A stretch of DNA of 64,000 nt from Herbidospora yilanensis (GTDB taxonomy: Bacteria; Actinomycetota; Actinomycetes; Streptosporangiales; Streptosporangiaceae). Every line of letters begins with the position of its first letter. Within the stretch, counting starts at the first letter, position 1. The notes beneath the pieces were generated by a model. The model worked only from the letters and a program-made list of their open reading frames with translations. It searched no databases and was not told the origin of the DNA. The stretch spans positions 264,984 to 328,983 of the forward strand of contig NZ_BBXE01000013.1 of assembly GCF_001570565.1 (NCBI RefSeq), written 5' to 3'. Shown in pieces: positions 8,885 to 18,019 of this stretch. Both the position numbers and the translations under genes were made by a program.

Positions 8885-9253
8885 ATGAAGACCGCTCGCC
8901 TCATCCTCGTCGCCGGTGCGACCTCCCTCCTCATGGGCGTCGCCGCGTGTGGCGGTGGCTCGAACACGACCGAGGTCTGCAACGAGGCCATGAAGGCGTT
9001 CACCGACTACAGCACCAAGGTCGGCCAGGCCGCCGGAAACCTCGACGGGATCAACACCGAGACCCAGGCCCTCGCCACCCAGCTGAAGGGCCTGGCCGAC
9101 AAGGCCGACGGCGACCTCAAGTCGTCGCTCACCAAGATGGCCGACACGTGGGCCGCCCTCAAGATCGACCCGGCGAACCCCTCGGCGATCACGGAGTTCG
9201 CCACCAAGACCTCCGAGGCCACCCAGGAACTCGGCGTCGCCTGCGCCGGCTGA
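8885..9253 (+). CDS. small secreted lipoprotein, hypothetical
   Basis: Signal peptide and lipobox LLMGVAACGGG; RBS AGGAAGG upstream; GC3-rich. Confidence 0.7.
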   Translation: MKTARLILVAGATSLLMGVAACGGGSNTTEVCNEAMKAFTDYSTKVGQAAGNLDGINTETQALATQLKGLADKADGDLKSSLTKMADTWAALKIDPANPSAITEFATKTSEATQELGVACAG

Positions 9254-9477
9254 CGCCCACCCGCACCGCCGGGCCGCCACGACGGCCCGGCGGGGAACAA
9301 CCTTCTCTCCGTTACGGCTCCGCCCACCCCGGCACCGCCCGCCGCCCCCCTCCTGACCGCCCCCGGCGCCAACCGGCCGCGCACCCCCACCCCGCAACGC
9401 CTGCCCGACAAGAGGCCGAGCGATCCGGGGAGATCAGCCCGCCCACGAGCAGGCCCGGCCGGAGAAGACCGCGCCGC

Positions 9478-9725
9478 GGCCGAAGACCAAGAGGGAACGG
9501 CGTCAGGGCCCAAGACCCACCCGGAACGACATCGGGACCGAAGACCAGCAGGCGACCATGCCGGAGCCGAAAGCCCACAGGACACGGCGTCGGGCCGAAG
9601 ACCCACGGGCAACCCCCTCGGGGCCTGGAACGGCATCGGGACCGAAGACCGGCAGGCGACCGCGTCGGGGCCGAAGCCCACAGGGAACGACGTCGGGGCG
9701 CCCAAGGCCAGAACCGGCCACGTCC
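9478..9725. repeat. degenerate tandem repeats (~28-30 bp unit, often paired to ~57-58 bp) inside a long T-depleted non-coding stretch
   Basis: Motifs GGAACGRCRTCGGG (at 9495, 9523, 9581, 9627, 9684) and CCGAAGACC (at 9479, 9537, 9594, 9643, with the variant CCGAAGCCC at 9671) recur with 28/46-58 bp spacing. Confidence 0.6.
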
Positions 9726-10627
9726 CACCGCCGAGGGCCCACGGGACCACGGCGAGCCACCGAGATTTACGAGAGGGCCTGCCCCGGACCACCCTCATGT
9801 GGCCGCGAAGGCCAGGGCACGTGTCCGCGAGAGAACAGGTCGGGCCGCGCCAGATTCAGCGGCCACGCGAGTCCGCCGGCCGCAACTCCAGGGCCAGGCG
9901 AACGATAAATCGGTCATTCAGTCAAAAACCGCCAGAAAAGGCTCTCGTAGGAGCTCGTCCAGCGATAACGCAGTCCCACCAGCCAAAACCCGGCAGGAAC
10001 AGATCCGGCCGGACGACCAGCCGGCGGGTGGAACCCAACCGGCAGGCCGTCGGCCGCACTCACATAGGTCAACCCGAGATCGCCGTACCCAAGAAACAGG
10101 GACGGCGATCTCGTGGTTTTCCGGACAATCAGGCTGAGGGATCCAGACCGGGGTGGCATTCCCTGGTGACCCCGTCGACTCGGCGCGACGACGGGAGGGA
10201 CCGAACCGAATCCACCAGGAGACGGAATAGCGGGGGGAGGGGGAGGGAGCCCGGTTCTGGAGGAACCGTCACCCGGGATACATCGGGACGTTCTGTAGGA
10301 GAAACCACAGATGTCCTACATGTTTCGGGACGATAGATGGGACTTATGATTTTTGTCAACAGAAGTCTGCCGACCGACGAGATTAATTCCCCCGTCCAGG
10401 CCCATGTGACGTTGCACAAACCTGTATCTGCCAGCGAGAACACGCTCTCACGAGGCACGGGAACGGTCCGGCCTGGGATCACAATCAGCGTTGAGGCCCG
10501 TTGACCCTCCTCATATCCCGTAGTAACAATGTCATCGATCAGCTCAAGGGCGGTGGCAGCCCGCGGGTCGACACAGAGTCACAGAGACGTGATCGGCGCA
10601 CGCGTCCCTCACCGAAGAGGAGTAAGC

Positions 10628-11791
10628 GTGAGCGACACGCATGCCCAAGACGACTCCCTCCGCCGCAAGCTGCGCCTGAACCGGCGCCAGTTCATGGCGG
10701 CCACCACTGGCGTGGCCGCGGCCACGGCGCTGCCGCTCGCTCTGCCCGGAGCCGCCATGGCCGATGACACCGTCCCCACGGCAGATCCCGCGCTGCCCGA
10801 CGACCGCAGCGCCCTGGTTCCCGCCTCGCAGCGAGGCATCATCCTCTACACCGTCCGTGACGCCACGGGCCGTGACCCCCTCGTCAACGACGCCCCCTCG
10901 GGCTTCCGCGAGGTGCTCCAGACCCTGTCGACGTTCGGTTACAAGCAGATCGAGTTCGCGGGCTACACCCAGCACGCGAACGCCGAAGGCGGCCGTTCCC
11001 TCGAGTCCGTCGCCGGCGCCCAGCTGCTGCGCTCCTGGCTCGACGAGTACGGCCTGCGGGCCCAGGGCAACCACGGCTTCATCCCCTCGTCGTGGCCGCT
11101 CAGCCAGGCCGACATCGACCGGTTCAAGCTGCACCTCGAAATCGCCAACACCCTCGGTATGCAGCACGTCGGCACCGGGTCCGACCCGACCGGCAGCAAC
11201 TACAAGGCCGACTGGGACGTCGCCATCGCCAAGTGGCACGCCCTGGGCGAGCTGGCGACCGCCGCCGGTCTGAAGCTGTACACGCACAACCACGACGCCG
11301 CGTACAACTTCCTGCTCGACAGCGGGCCGCTGGACGCGCTCGGCCGGCCGACCCGTTCGTCCGGCATCCGCAAGCTGGAGTACTTCCTCAGCCAGACGGA
11401 CAAGCACCTGGTCTTCCTGGAGATGGACCTGTACTGGGCGCACGTCGCGCAGTACAAGTACAGCAACTACACGGCGGCCGACGGCTCGGTCCAGCAGAAC
11501 ATCTTCAAGCCGTTCGAGCTGATCCGCGCCAACCAGAAGCGCTACCCGCTGTTCCACATCAAGGACGGCAAGAGCAACCCGGCCGTGCCGAACGGCTACG
11601 AGTTCGCCACGCTGGGCCAGGGCAACATCGACTACCGCGAGTTCTTCGAGATGGTGAAGATCCGCGACAAGCACCACCCGATGATCGAGCAGGACAACGC
11701 GCCGGGCGCCGACCCGATGCAGTCGCTGAACCTCGCCCAGCTCGCCTGGCTCAACTGGGCCGCCATGCGTGAAGACCGGTACTACGAGTAA
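10628..11791 (+). CDS. Tat-secreted sugar phosphate isomerase/epimerase (xylose isomerase-like TIM barrel) family protein
   Basis: GTG start after a GAGGAG RBS; twin-arginine signal RRQFMAATTGVAAATALPLALPGAAMA; the remainder matches the TIM-barrel AP-endonuclease-2/xylose-isomerase-like fold family. Confidence 0.75.
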   Translation: MSDTHAQDDSLRRKLRLNRRQFMAATTGVAAATALPLALPGAAMADDTVPTADPALPDDRSALVPASQRGIILYTVRDATGRDPLVNDAPSGFREVLQTLSTFGYKQIEFAGYTQHANAEGGRSLESVAGAQLLRSWLDEYGLRAQGNHGFIPSSWPLSQADIDRFKLHLEIANTLGMQHVGTGSDPTGSNYKADWDVAIAKWHALGELATAAGLKLYTHNHDAAYNFLLDSGPLDALGRPTRSSGIRKLEYFLSQTDKHLVFLEMDLYWAHVAQYKYSNYTAADGSVQQNIFKPFELIRANQKRYPLFHIKDGKSNPAVPNGYEFATLGQGNIDYREFFEMVKIRDKHHPMIEQDNAPGADPMQSLNLAQLAWLNWAAMREDRYYE

Positions 11792-11964
11792 CCGCTGAGC
11801 GAGACGCGGACGGCCGAAGGCCGGCTGTGGCTCGCGCTCTGAATCTGCCTCGAAACACCGCCACAGGCCAGTTTCTCACCGGACCGCCGCGCGGATCCGC
11901 CGTTGCCCCGGCGGGCACGGCGGTCCGGTCACCGATACTCCTCGTCCAAGGAGAAGTACCTTCC

Positions 11965-14900
11965 ATGCAGCGTACCCGAAGGGCGCTGGGGGTCCTCGTG
12001 ACCACCCTGGCGCTTCCGTTAGGCATGCTCGGCGTCCCGGCGCAGGCCGCCGACGACCCGGCCGTCACCTGGTCGAACTACGAGAAGATCACCCTCACCA
12101 AGAACGTCGGCGAGCCCGTCGACATGGCCGTGCTCCCCGACCTCCGCGTGCTGCACACCGCGCGTAACGGCGACATCCGGCTGACCGACCCGTCGACCGG
12201 CGTCACCAAGATCATCAACACGATCCCGGTGTACAACAACTCCGAGGACGGTCTCCAGACCGTCGAGATCGACCCCGACTTCGCGACCAACAAGTGGGTG
12301 TACCTCTACTACGCCCCCCGCACGATGACCCCGCCCTACGTCGAGACCACCCCGACCGGCTCGGCGCCCAACACGCTGCCGGCGGGGCAGACCGACGCCT
12401 ACTGGGACCAGTGGAAGGGCTACAACCAGCTCTCCCGGTTCAAGTGGGACGGCGAGAAGCTCGACCTGACGACCGAGCAGGTCATCATCAAGGTCGAGAC
12501 CCAGCGCGGCCAGTGCTGCCACGTCGCCGGCGACGTCGACTGGGACGCCGACGGCAACCTCTACCTCGGCACGGGCGACAACACCCCCGCCTCCGCCCCC
12601 GGCGCCAACGGCTACGCGCCGAACAACGACGCCCCCGGCGTGAACCCGGGCATGGACACCCGTCGCGGCGCCGGCAACAGCAACGACCTGCGGGGCAAGA
12701 TCCTGCGCATCAAGGTCGCGGCCGACGGTTCGTACACGATCCCGCCGGGGAACCTGTTCCCGCCCGGCACGGAGAAGACCCGTCCGGAGATCTTCGTGAC
12801 CGGCGTGCGGAACCCGTTCCGCCTCGACGTCGACCCGTCGACCGGCACCCTCTCGTGGGCCGACTACGGCCCCGACGCCGGCGCGCCCAACCCCGACCGC
12901 GGCCCGATGGGCTACGTCGAGTGGAACACCACGCCGACGAACAAGCCGATCAACGCGGGCTGGCCGTACTGCACCGGCAACAACTTCAACTACAACAACT
13001 GGAACTTCGCGACCAACACCCCGCGTGAGTTCTTCGACTGCGCCGCCGGCCCGATCAGCGGCTCGCGGCACAACACGGGTCTGGCCCAGTTGCCGCCGGC
13101 CGTCCCGGCCGACCTCTACTACGGCGACAACAACACCCACCAGCCCGCCGAGTGGGCCGGTCTGACGGACTTCGAGCCCGCCGGTGGCCAGGGCCCCATG
13201 GGCGGCCCGATCTACCACTACGACGCCTCGAACCCGTCGACCTACAAGTTCCCCGAGTACTGGGACGGCAAGGCGTTCTTCGCCGAGTTCTCGCAGGACT
13301 ACCTGGCGGCCTTCACCGTCGCCGGCCCCGACGGCCCCGTGACGAAGATCGAGCACTTCTTCCCGAACCGGGCGCTCAACCAGGCGGCCATGCCGATCAC
13401 CGACAGCCCGATCGACATCGAGTTCGGCCCCGACGGCGCGCTCTACGTCCTCGACTACGGCGACGGCTTCTTCCGCGCGAACCCCGACGCCGGTCTCTAC
13501 CGGATCGACTACTCGCCGGACAACAAGACCCCGCAGGCCAAGATCAAGGTCGACAAGGCGTCGGCCAGCCAGCCGCCGCTGACCGTGAACTTCGACGGCA
13601 CGGGCTCCCGTGACCCCGAGGGCGACGCCCTCGCCTACGAGTGGGACGTCGACGGCGACGGCACCTTCGACAAGACCGGCGCCCAGGTCAGCCACACCTA
13701 CACCCAGACGGGTCTGTACTTCGCCCGGCTGAAGGTCACCGACGCCGGCGGCCGCTCGGCGCTGACGTCGATCGAGATCTCGGTCGGCAACACCGCCCCC
13801 GAGGTGTCGGTCAACAACCCGCCGAACGGTGGCTTCTTCGACTGGGGCCAGGCCATCCCGTTCAACCTGTCGGCCACCGACGCCGAGGACGGCCCGAACG
13901 CGGTCTGCTCCCGGATGCAGTGGAACTTCGGTCTCGGCCACGACTTCCACGCCCACCCGGAGACCCTGGGCACGGGCTGCACCGGCGCCTGGCCTACCCC
14001 GGCCAACGCCCCCGAGCACGGTGAGACCGAGAACATCTACGGCGTCATCGTGATCTCCTACCGGGACAACGGCGCCAACGGCCTCCCGCCCGCGCTGGGC
14101 GAGGCCAGCGTCATCCTCAACCCCAAGCTCCAGCAGGCCGAGCACGCCGACATCATCAACGGCGCGGTCGACACCGACGACCCGAACGCCTCGGGCCTCG
14201 GCAAGATCACCTCGCTTGACCCGGGCGACTCCATCGCGTGGGACCCGATCAACTTCGCCGGCATCGACAGCGTGAAGGTCCGCGCCTCCGGCGCCGGCAC
14301 CCTGGCGCTGCGCTGGAACTCGGCCACGGCCACGCCGTTCGCCAGCGTCACCATCCCGGCCGGAGCCGGCTGGCAGGAGGTCACCCAGTCGCTGGCCAAC
14401 GCCCCGACGGGCACCGGCCAGCTCTACGTCACCTCCACCGGCGGCGTCGAGGTGGACTCGTTCACCTACGTCGGCGGCGGCGTCGCCGACACCACCGCCC
14501 CGACCGTGACCGCGACGCCGAACCCGGCGCCGAACGCCAACGGGTGGAACGACGGCAACGTCAGCGTCACCGTCGCGGCGACCGACAACGGCACCGTCTC
14601 CAGCCGCCAGTACTCCACCAACGGCGGCCAGACCTGGGCCAACGCCAACAACCCGGTCAACATCACCGCCGAGGGCGTGACCACGTTCCTCTACCGGGCC
14701 ACCGACTCGGGCGGCAACGTCTCCCCGGTCGGCACGCTCACGGTGCGGATCGACAAGACCAACCCGACGGCCGCGGTCACCGGGGTCACCGCCACCGAGT
14801 ACGGCACCGGCGACGTCGTCACCCCCGTGGTGACCGGCACCGACGCCCACTCGGGGGTCGACACCACGACCGCCACGATCGACGGCGCCCCGATCACCCC

Positions 14901-15264
14901 GGGCCAGCCGTTCGAGTTGTGGAAGTTGTCGCTCGGCGAGCACACGCTCGTCGGCACGGTGAAGGACAAGGCCGGCCGCACCGCGACCGCCCAGGTCACG
15001 TTCACGGTGACGACGTCGTACGAGGACCTGGAGACGCTGATCCCCAGGCTCCGCGACGCCGGCAAGATCACCGCCAACGGCGCCACGGCGCTGCTGAACC
15101 ACCTGCGCGACGCGCAGCACAGCCTCAGCCTGAACAAGCCGAACGCGGCCAGGTCGGAGCTGAACGGCTTCATCCGCACGCTGTCCCAGCGTGACTACGT
15201 CAAGGACGCGGAAGTCCGCGCGGCGCTCGAAAGGGACGCCAACCAGCTTCTCTCCGAGATCTAG
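11965..15264 (+). CDS. secreted PQQ-dependent sugar dehydrogenase (glucose/sorbosone dehydrogenase beta-propeller) fused to PKD, carbohydrate-binding-like, Ig-like and FIMAH domains
   Basis: Signal peptide MQRTRRALGVLVTTLALPLGMLGVPAQA. Propeller motifs include GQCCHVAGDVDWDADGNLYLGTGDN and VRNPFRLDVDPSTG, followed by a PKD unit VNFDGTGSRDPEGDALAYEWDVDGDG. The C-terminal segment LETLIPRLRDAGKITANGATALLNHLRDAQ is FIMAH-like. Confidence 0.8.
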   Translation: MQRTRRALGVLVTTLALPLGMLGVPAQAADDPAVTWSNYEKITLTKNVGEPVDMAVLPDLRVLHTARNGDIRLTDPSTGVTKIINTIPVYNNSEDGLQTVEIDPDFATNKWVYLYYAPRTMTPPYVETTPTGSAPNTLPAGQTDAYWDQWKGYNQLSRFKWDGEKLDLTTEQVIIKVETQRGQCCHVAGDVDWDADGNLYLGTGDNTPASAPGANGYAPNNDAPGVNPGMDTRRGAGNSNDLRGKILRIKVAADGSYTIPPGNLFPPGTEKTRPEIFVTGVRNPFRLDVDPSTGTLSWADYGPDAGAPNPDRGPMGYVEWNTTPTNKPINAGWPYCTGNNFNYNNWNFATNTPREFFDCAAGPISGSRHNTGLAQLPPAVPADLYYGDNNTHQPAEWAGLTDFEPAGGQGPMGGPIYHYDASNPSTYKFPEYWDGKAFFAEFSQDYLAAFTVAGPDGPVTKIEHFFPNRALNQAAMPITDSPIDIEFGPDGALYVLDYGDGFFRANPDAGLYRIDYSPDNKTPQAKIKVDKASASQPPLTVNFDGTGSRDPEGDALAYEWDVDGDGTFDKTGAQVSHTYTQTGLYFARLKVTDAGGRSALTSIEISVGNTAPEVSVNNPPNGGFFDWGQAIPFNLSATDAEDGPNAVCSRMQWNFGLGHDFHAHPETLGTGCTGAWPTPANAPEHGETENIYGVIVISYRDNGANGLPPALGEASVILNPKLQQAEHADIINGAVDTDDPNASGLGKITSLDPGDSIAWDPINFAGIDSVKVRASGAGTLALRWNSATATPFASVTIPAGAGWQEVTQSLANAPTGTGQLYVTSTGGVEVDSFTYVGGGVADTTAPTVTATPNPAPNANGWNDGNVSVTVAATDNGTVSSRQYSTNGGQTWANANNPVNITAEGVTTFLYRATDSGGNVSPVGTLTVRIDKTNPTAAVTGVTATEYGTGDVVTPVVTGTDAHSGVDTTTATIDGAPITPGQPFELWKLSLGEHTLVGTVKDKAGRTATAQVTFTVTTSYEDLETLIPRLRDAGKITANGATALLNHLRDAQHSLSLNKPNAARSELNGFIRTLSQRDYVKDAEVRAALERDANQLLSEI

Positions 15265-15284
15265 CCGGTAACTCGCAGGAAGAA

Positions 15285-15317
15285 GGTGGGGAGGCCCCCG
15301 TGGCCCCCCACCTTTTT
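15285..15317 (+). terminator. intrinsic terminator
   Basis: GGTGGGGAGGCC-cccgt-GGCCCCCCACC followed by TTTTT, 20 bp after the dehydrogenase stop. Confidence 0.65.
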
Positions 15318-15377
15318 CCATTCCGGCAGGCGGCGGAAAGGCGGACAAGCGCCTTTCCACCACCTGTGCGGCACTAT

Positions 15378-15590
15378 TTACAGGTCGAATTCGCCGCCCT
15401 TCACCCCGTGGACGAACGCGTCCCATTCGCCCGGGGTGAACGCGAGGATGGGCCCGGTCGGATTCTTGGAGTCGCGCAGCGCGATGGCGTGGCCCATCAG
15501 GGCCACCTCCACGCACTGGTCCCCCTGACTGTTGGACTTCTCGGCCTTGCGCCATGTCGCGGCCGAGACGTCGAGGTCGGTGAACTTCAC
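15378..15590 (-). CDS. DUF397 domain protein
   Basis: VKFTDLDVSAATWRKAEKSNSQGDQCVEVALMGHAIALRDSKNPTGPILAFTPGEWDAFVHGVKGGEFDL is a canonical DUF397 sequence. GTG start overlapping the upstream stop (GTGA). Confidence 0.75.
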   Translation of the reverse strand: MKFTDLDVSAATWRKAEKSNSQGDQCVEVALMGHAIALRDSKNPTGPILAFTPGEWDAFVHGVKGGEFDL

Positions 15591-16432
15591 GAGGTCATCT
15601 CCTTCTCTGCGGATTCGAGTACTTCCAACGACCGTTCCGGGCTGAGTGCCGCGGCCCGTAAGTGGTCGAAGATGTGGGCGCAGCGCCTGAGCTGGTCGGG
15701 AGCCTCCAGGTAGAGTTCGCCGCCCGGGTTCTCGAGCAGCACGACCTCCCCGTCGGCGGGCCCGGCGAAGCTGAGGATGCTGAACGGACTGCCCATGCCG
15801 AGATAGGCGCCACCACGCAGAGAGAGCACCTGGATCGTGATGTTGGGGCGGTTGGCCAGTTCGTGCAGGTGGCGGAGTTGCTGGGCCATCACCTGCGGGC
15901 CGCCGACGCGGCGCCAGACGACTCCCTCGTCGAGCACCACCCACATCGCGAAGTCTGGCTGGTCGAGTTTGCGCTGCCGCTGAAGCCGCAGGGCGACCCG
16001 GCGGCCGGTGGCCTTCGGGGTCTCCTCCAGAGCGGCGCTGATGACGGCCCGCGCGTAGTCGGCGGTCTGGAGGAGTCCGGGGATGACCACCGATTCGTAG
16101 TTGCGCACCGACACGGCCTCCCATTCGAGCCCCACATAGGGCCCGGGGAGGACGTCACCGTAGGCGTGCCACCAGCCTCGGTCCCCCGCGTCACGGGCGA
16201 GGGCGACCAGGGCGGCCCGGTGGGCGGGGTCGGCATCGTACAGTTCGAGCAGGTCACGAAGGGTTCTGGCGCGGGGGCGGGTGAGCCCGGTCTCGATGCG
16301 GTAGACGGTGGAGAACGCGACACCGAGGTGGCTCGCGACCTCTTCGCGGCTGTAGCCGGATTCGGTGCGCAGGCGGGTCAGCTCACCGGCGAGGCGGCGT
16401 AACCGGATCGTCGGCAGTCGCCCAGTTCCCAT
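15587..16432 (-). CDS. XRE-family HTH regulator with DUF5753 (Scr1-type), partner of DUF397
   Basis: LAGELTRLRTESGYSREEVASHLGVAFSTVYRIETG HTH; start at MGTGRLPT (ATG 16430-16432, complement). Confidence 0.8.
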   Translation of the reverse strand: MGTGRLPTIRLRRLAGELTRLRTESGYSREEVASHLGVAFSTVYRIETGLTRPRARTLRDLLELYDADPAHRAALVALARDAGDRGWWHAYGDVLPGPYVGLEWEAVSVRNYESVVIPGLLQTADYARAVISAALEETPKATGRRVALRLQRQRKLDQPDFAMWVVLDEGVVWRRVGGPQVMAQQLRHLHELANRPNITIQVLSLRGGAYLGMGSPFSILSFAGPADGEVVLLENPGGELYLEAPDQLRRCAHIFDHLRAAALSPERSLEVLESAEKEMTS

Positions 16433-16585
16433 TTTACGAATTACCCCCAGCCGATTTCCTGGTAATGCCGGTGTCACGAAGTCTGCCACGCCGCGTTAGG
16501 GACTCCAGGTAATGCGGATTAGTGATGGTGGACATTTCTGCACCGCCGGAGAATCCCACGTCCTTCTTGGGGTAGCTGGCCTTGC

Positions 16586-18019
16586 ATGAAGCAGATCACG
16601 ACTGACATTCCCGCGCGGTTAGACCGACTGCCATGGTCGCGTTTCCACTGGCTCGTGCTGCTCGGGCTGGGCACCGTGTGGGTGCTCGACGGTCTCGAGG
16701 TCACCATCGTCGGAGTGATCGGGCCCCGGCTGACGAGCGACACCGGCGGGCTGAACCTGACCGACTCAGAAGTGGGCCTCGCGGCGGGCGTCTACGTGCT
16801 CGGCGCGTGCCTCGGCGCGCTCTTCTTCGGCCACCTGACCGACCGGTTCGGGCGGAAGAAGTTGTTCCTGGCGACGCTGGCCCTCTACCTGGCCGCCACG
16901 GTGGCGACGGCGTTCTCGTTCGAGCCCTGGTACTTCTTCCTGTGCCGGTTCTTCACCGGCGCCGGAATCGGGGGTGAGTACGCCGCCATCAACTCGGCCA
17001 TCGACGAGCTGATCCCGGCCCGGCTCCGGGGCCGGATCGACCTGATCATCAACGGTTCCTACTGGCTGGGCACGGTCTTCGGCGCGCTGGTGGCCATCCC
17101 GCTGCTCAACCCGGAGCTGCTGCCCGAGGACGTCGGGTGGCGTGTGCTGTTCGGGCTGGGCGCGATCCTGGGCATCGGCATCCTGCTGATCCGCAGGCTG
17201 GTGCCGGAGAGCCCGCGCTGGTTGTTCATCCACGGCAAGGACGAGGAGGCCGAGAGGATCGTCGCCGGCATCGAGCGGTCGGTGCACCGGGAGCTGCCGA
17301 AGGCCGACCGGCGGATCACGGTCAACCAGCGGGACCACACCCCGCTGTCGGAGGTCGCGATGACGCTGGTGCGGCGTTATCCGCGGCGTACCGTCGTCGG
17401 GTTGTCGCTGTTCGTCGGCCAGGCGTTCCTCTACAACTCGATCTTCTTCACCTACGCCCTGGTGCTGGCCACCTTCTTCGGGGTGCCCGACGGCTCGACC
17501 CCCTGGTATCTGATCCCGATCGCGATCGGGAACTTCCTGGGGCCGCTGCTGCTGGGCCACTTCTTCGACTCCATCGGCCGTCGGCCGTTGATCGCGGGCA
17601 CCTACGTGTTGTCGGGCCTGTTGCTCGTCGGCACGGCCCTGCTGTTCGACGCCGGGGTCCTCGACGCGACGACGCTGACCGTCTGCTGGATGGTGGTCTT
17701 CTTCTTCGCCTCGGCGGGGGCCTCGTCGGCCTACCTGACGGTGTCGGAGATCTTCCCGATGGAGACGAGGGCGCTGGCGATCGCGCTGTTCTACGCGGTC
17801 GGCACCGGCCTCGGCGGCATCATCGGGCCGGTGCTGTTCGGCCGGCTGGTGGAGAGCCAGCAGGTCGGGCAGGTGACGGTGGGCTACCTGATCGGGGCGG
17901 GGCTGATGGTCGCCGCCGGTCTGGTGCAGTGGTTCCTGGGCGTCGAGGCGGCCCGGCGGTCCCTGGAGGACATCGCCGAGCCGCTCAGCGCTCAGACCGT
18001 CGACCGCGCCCAGGCGTAG
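16586..18019 (+). CDS. MFS transporter
   Basis: Twelve predicted TM segments and the MFS signature GHLTDRFGRKKLF. Confidence 0.85.
   Translation: MKQITTDIPARLDRLPWSRFHWLVLLGLGTVWVLDGLEVTIVGVIGPRLTSDTGGLNLTDSEVGLAAGVYVLGACLGALFFGHLTDRFGRKKLFLATLALYLAATVATAFSFEPWYFFLCRFFTGAGIGGEYAAINSAIDELIPARLRGRIDLIINGSYWLGTVFGALVAIPLLNPELLPEDVGWRVLFGLGAILGIGILLIRRLVPESPRWLFIHGKDEEAERIVAGIERSVHRELPKADRRITVNQRDHTPLSEVAMTLVRRYPRRTVVGLSLFVGQAFLYNSIFFTYALVLATFFGVPDGSTPWYLIPIAIGNFLGPLLLGHFFDSIGRRPLIAGTYVLSGLLLVGTALLFDAGVLDATTLTVCWMVVFFFASAGASSAYLTVSEIFPMETRALAIALFYAVGTGLGGIIGPVLFGRLVESQQVGQVTVGYLIGAGLMVAAGLVQWFLGVEAARRSLEDIAEPLSAQTVDRAQA

Noticed and set aside
9478-9725. Possibility that the tandem repeats are a CRISPR array
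   Set aside because: The units are degenerate with no conserved repeat/unique-spacer alternation. No cas genes are nearby, and the repeats fit a decayed coding repeat better.
12019-15555. 1178-aa minus-strand ORF
   Set aside because: It is antisense to the PQQ-dehydrogenase gene, with a poly-Arg/Gly/Val composition and no motifs.
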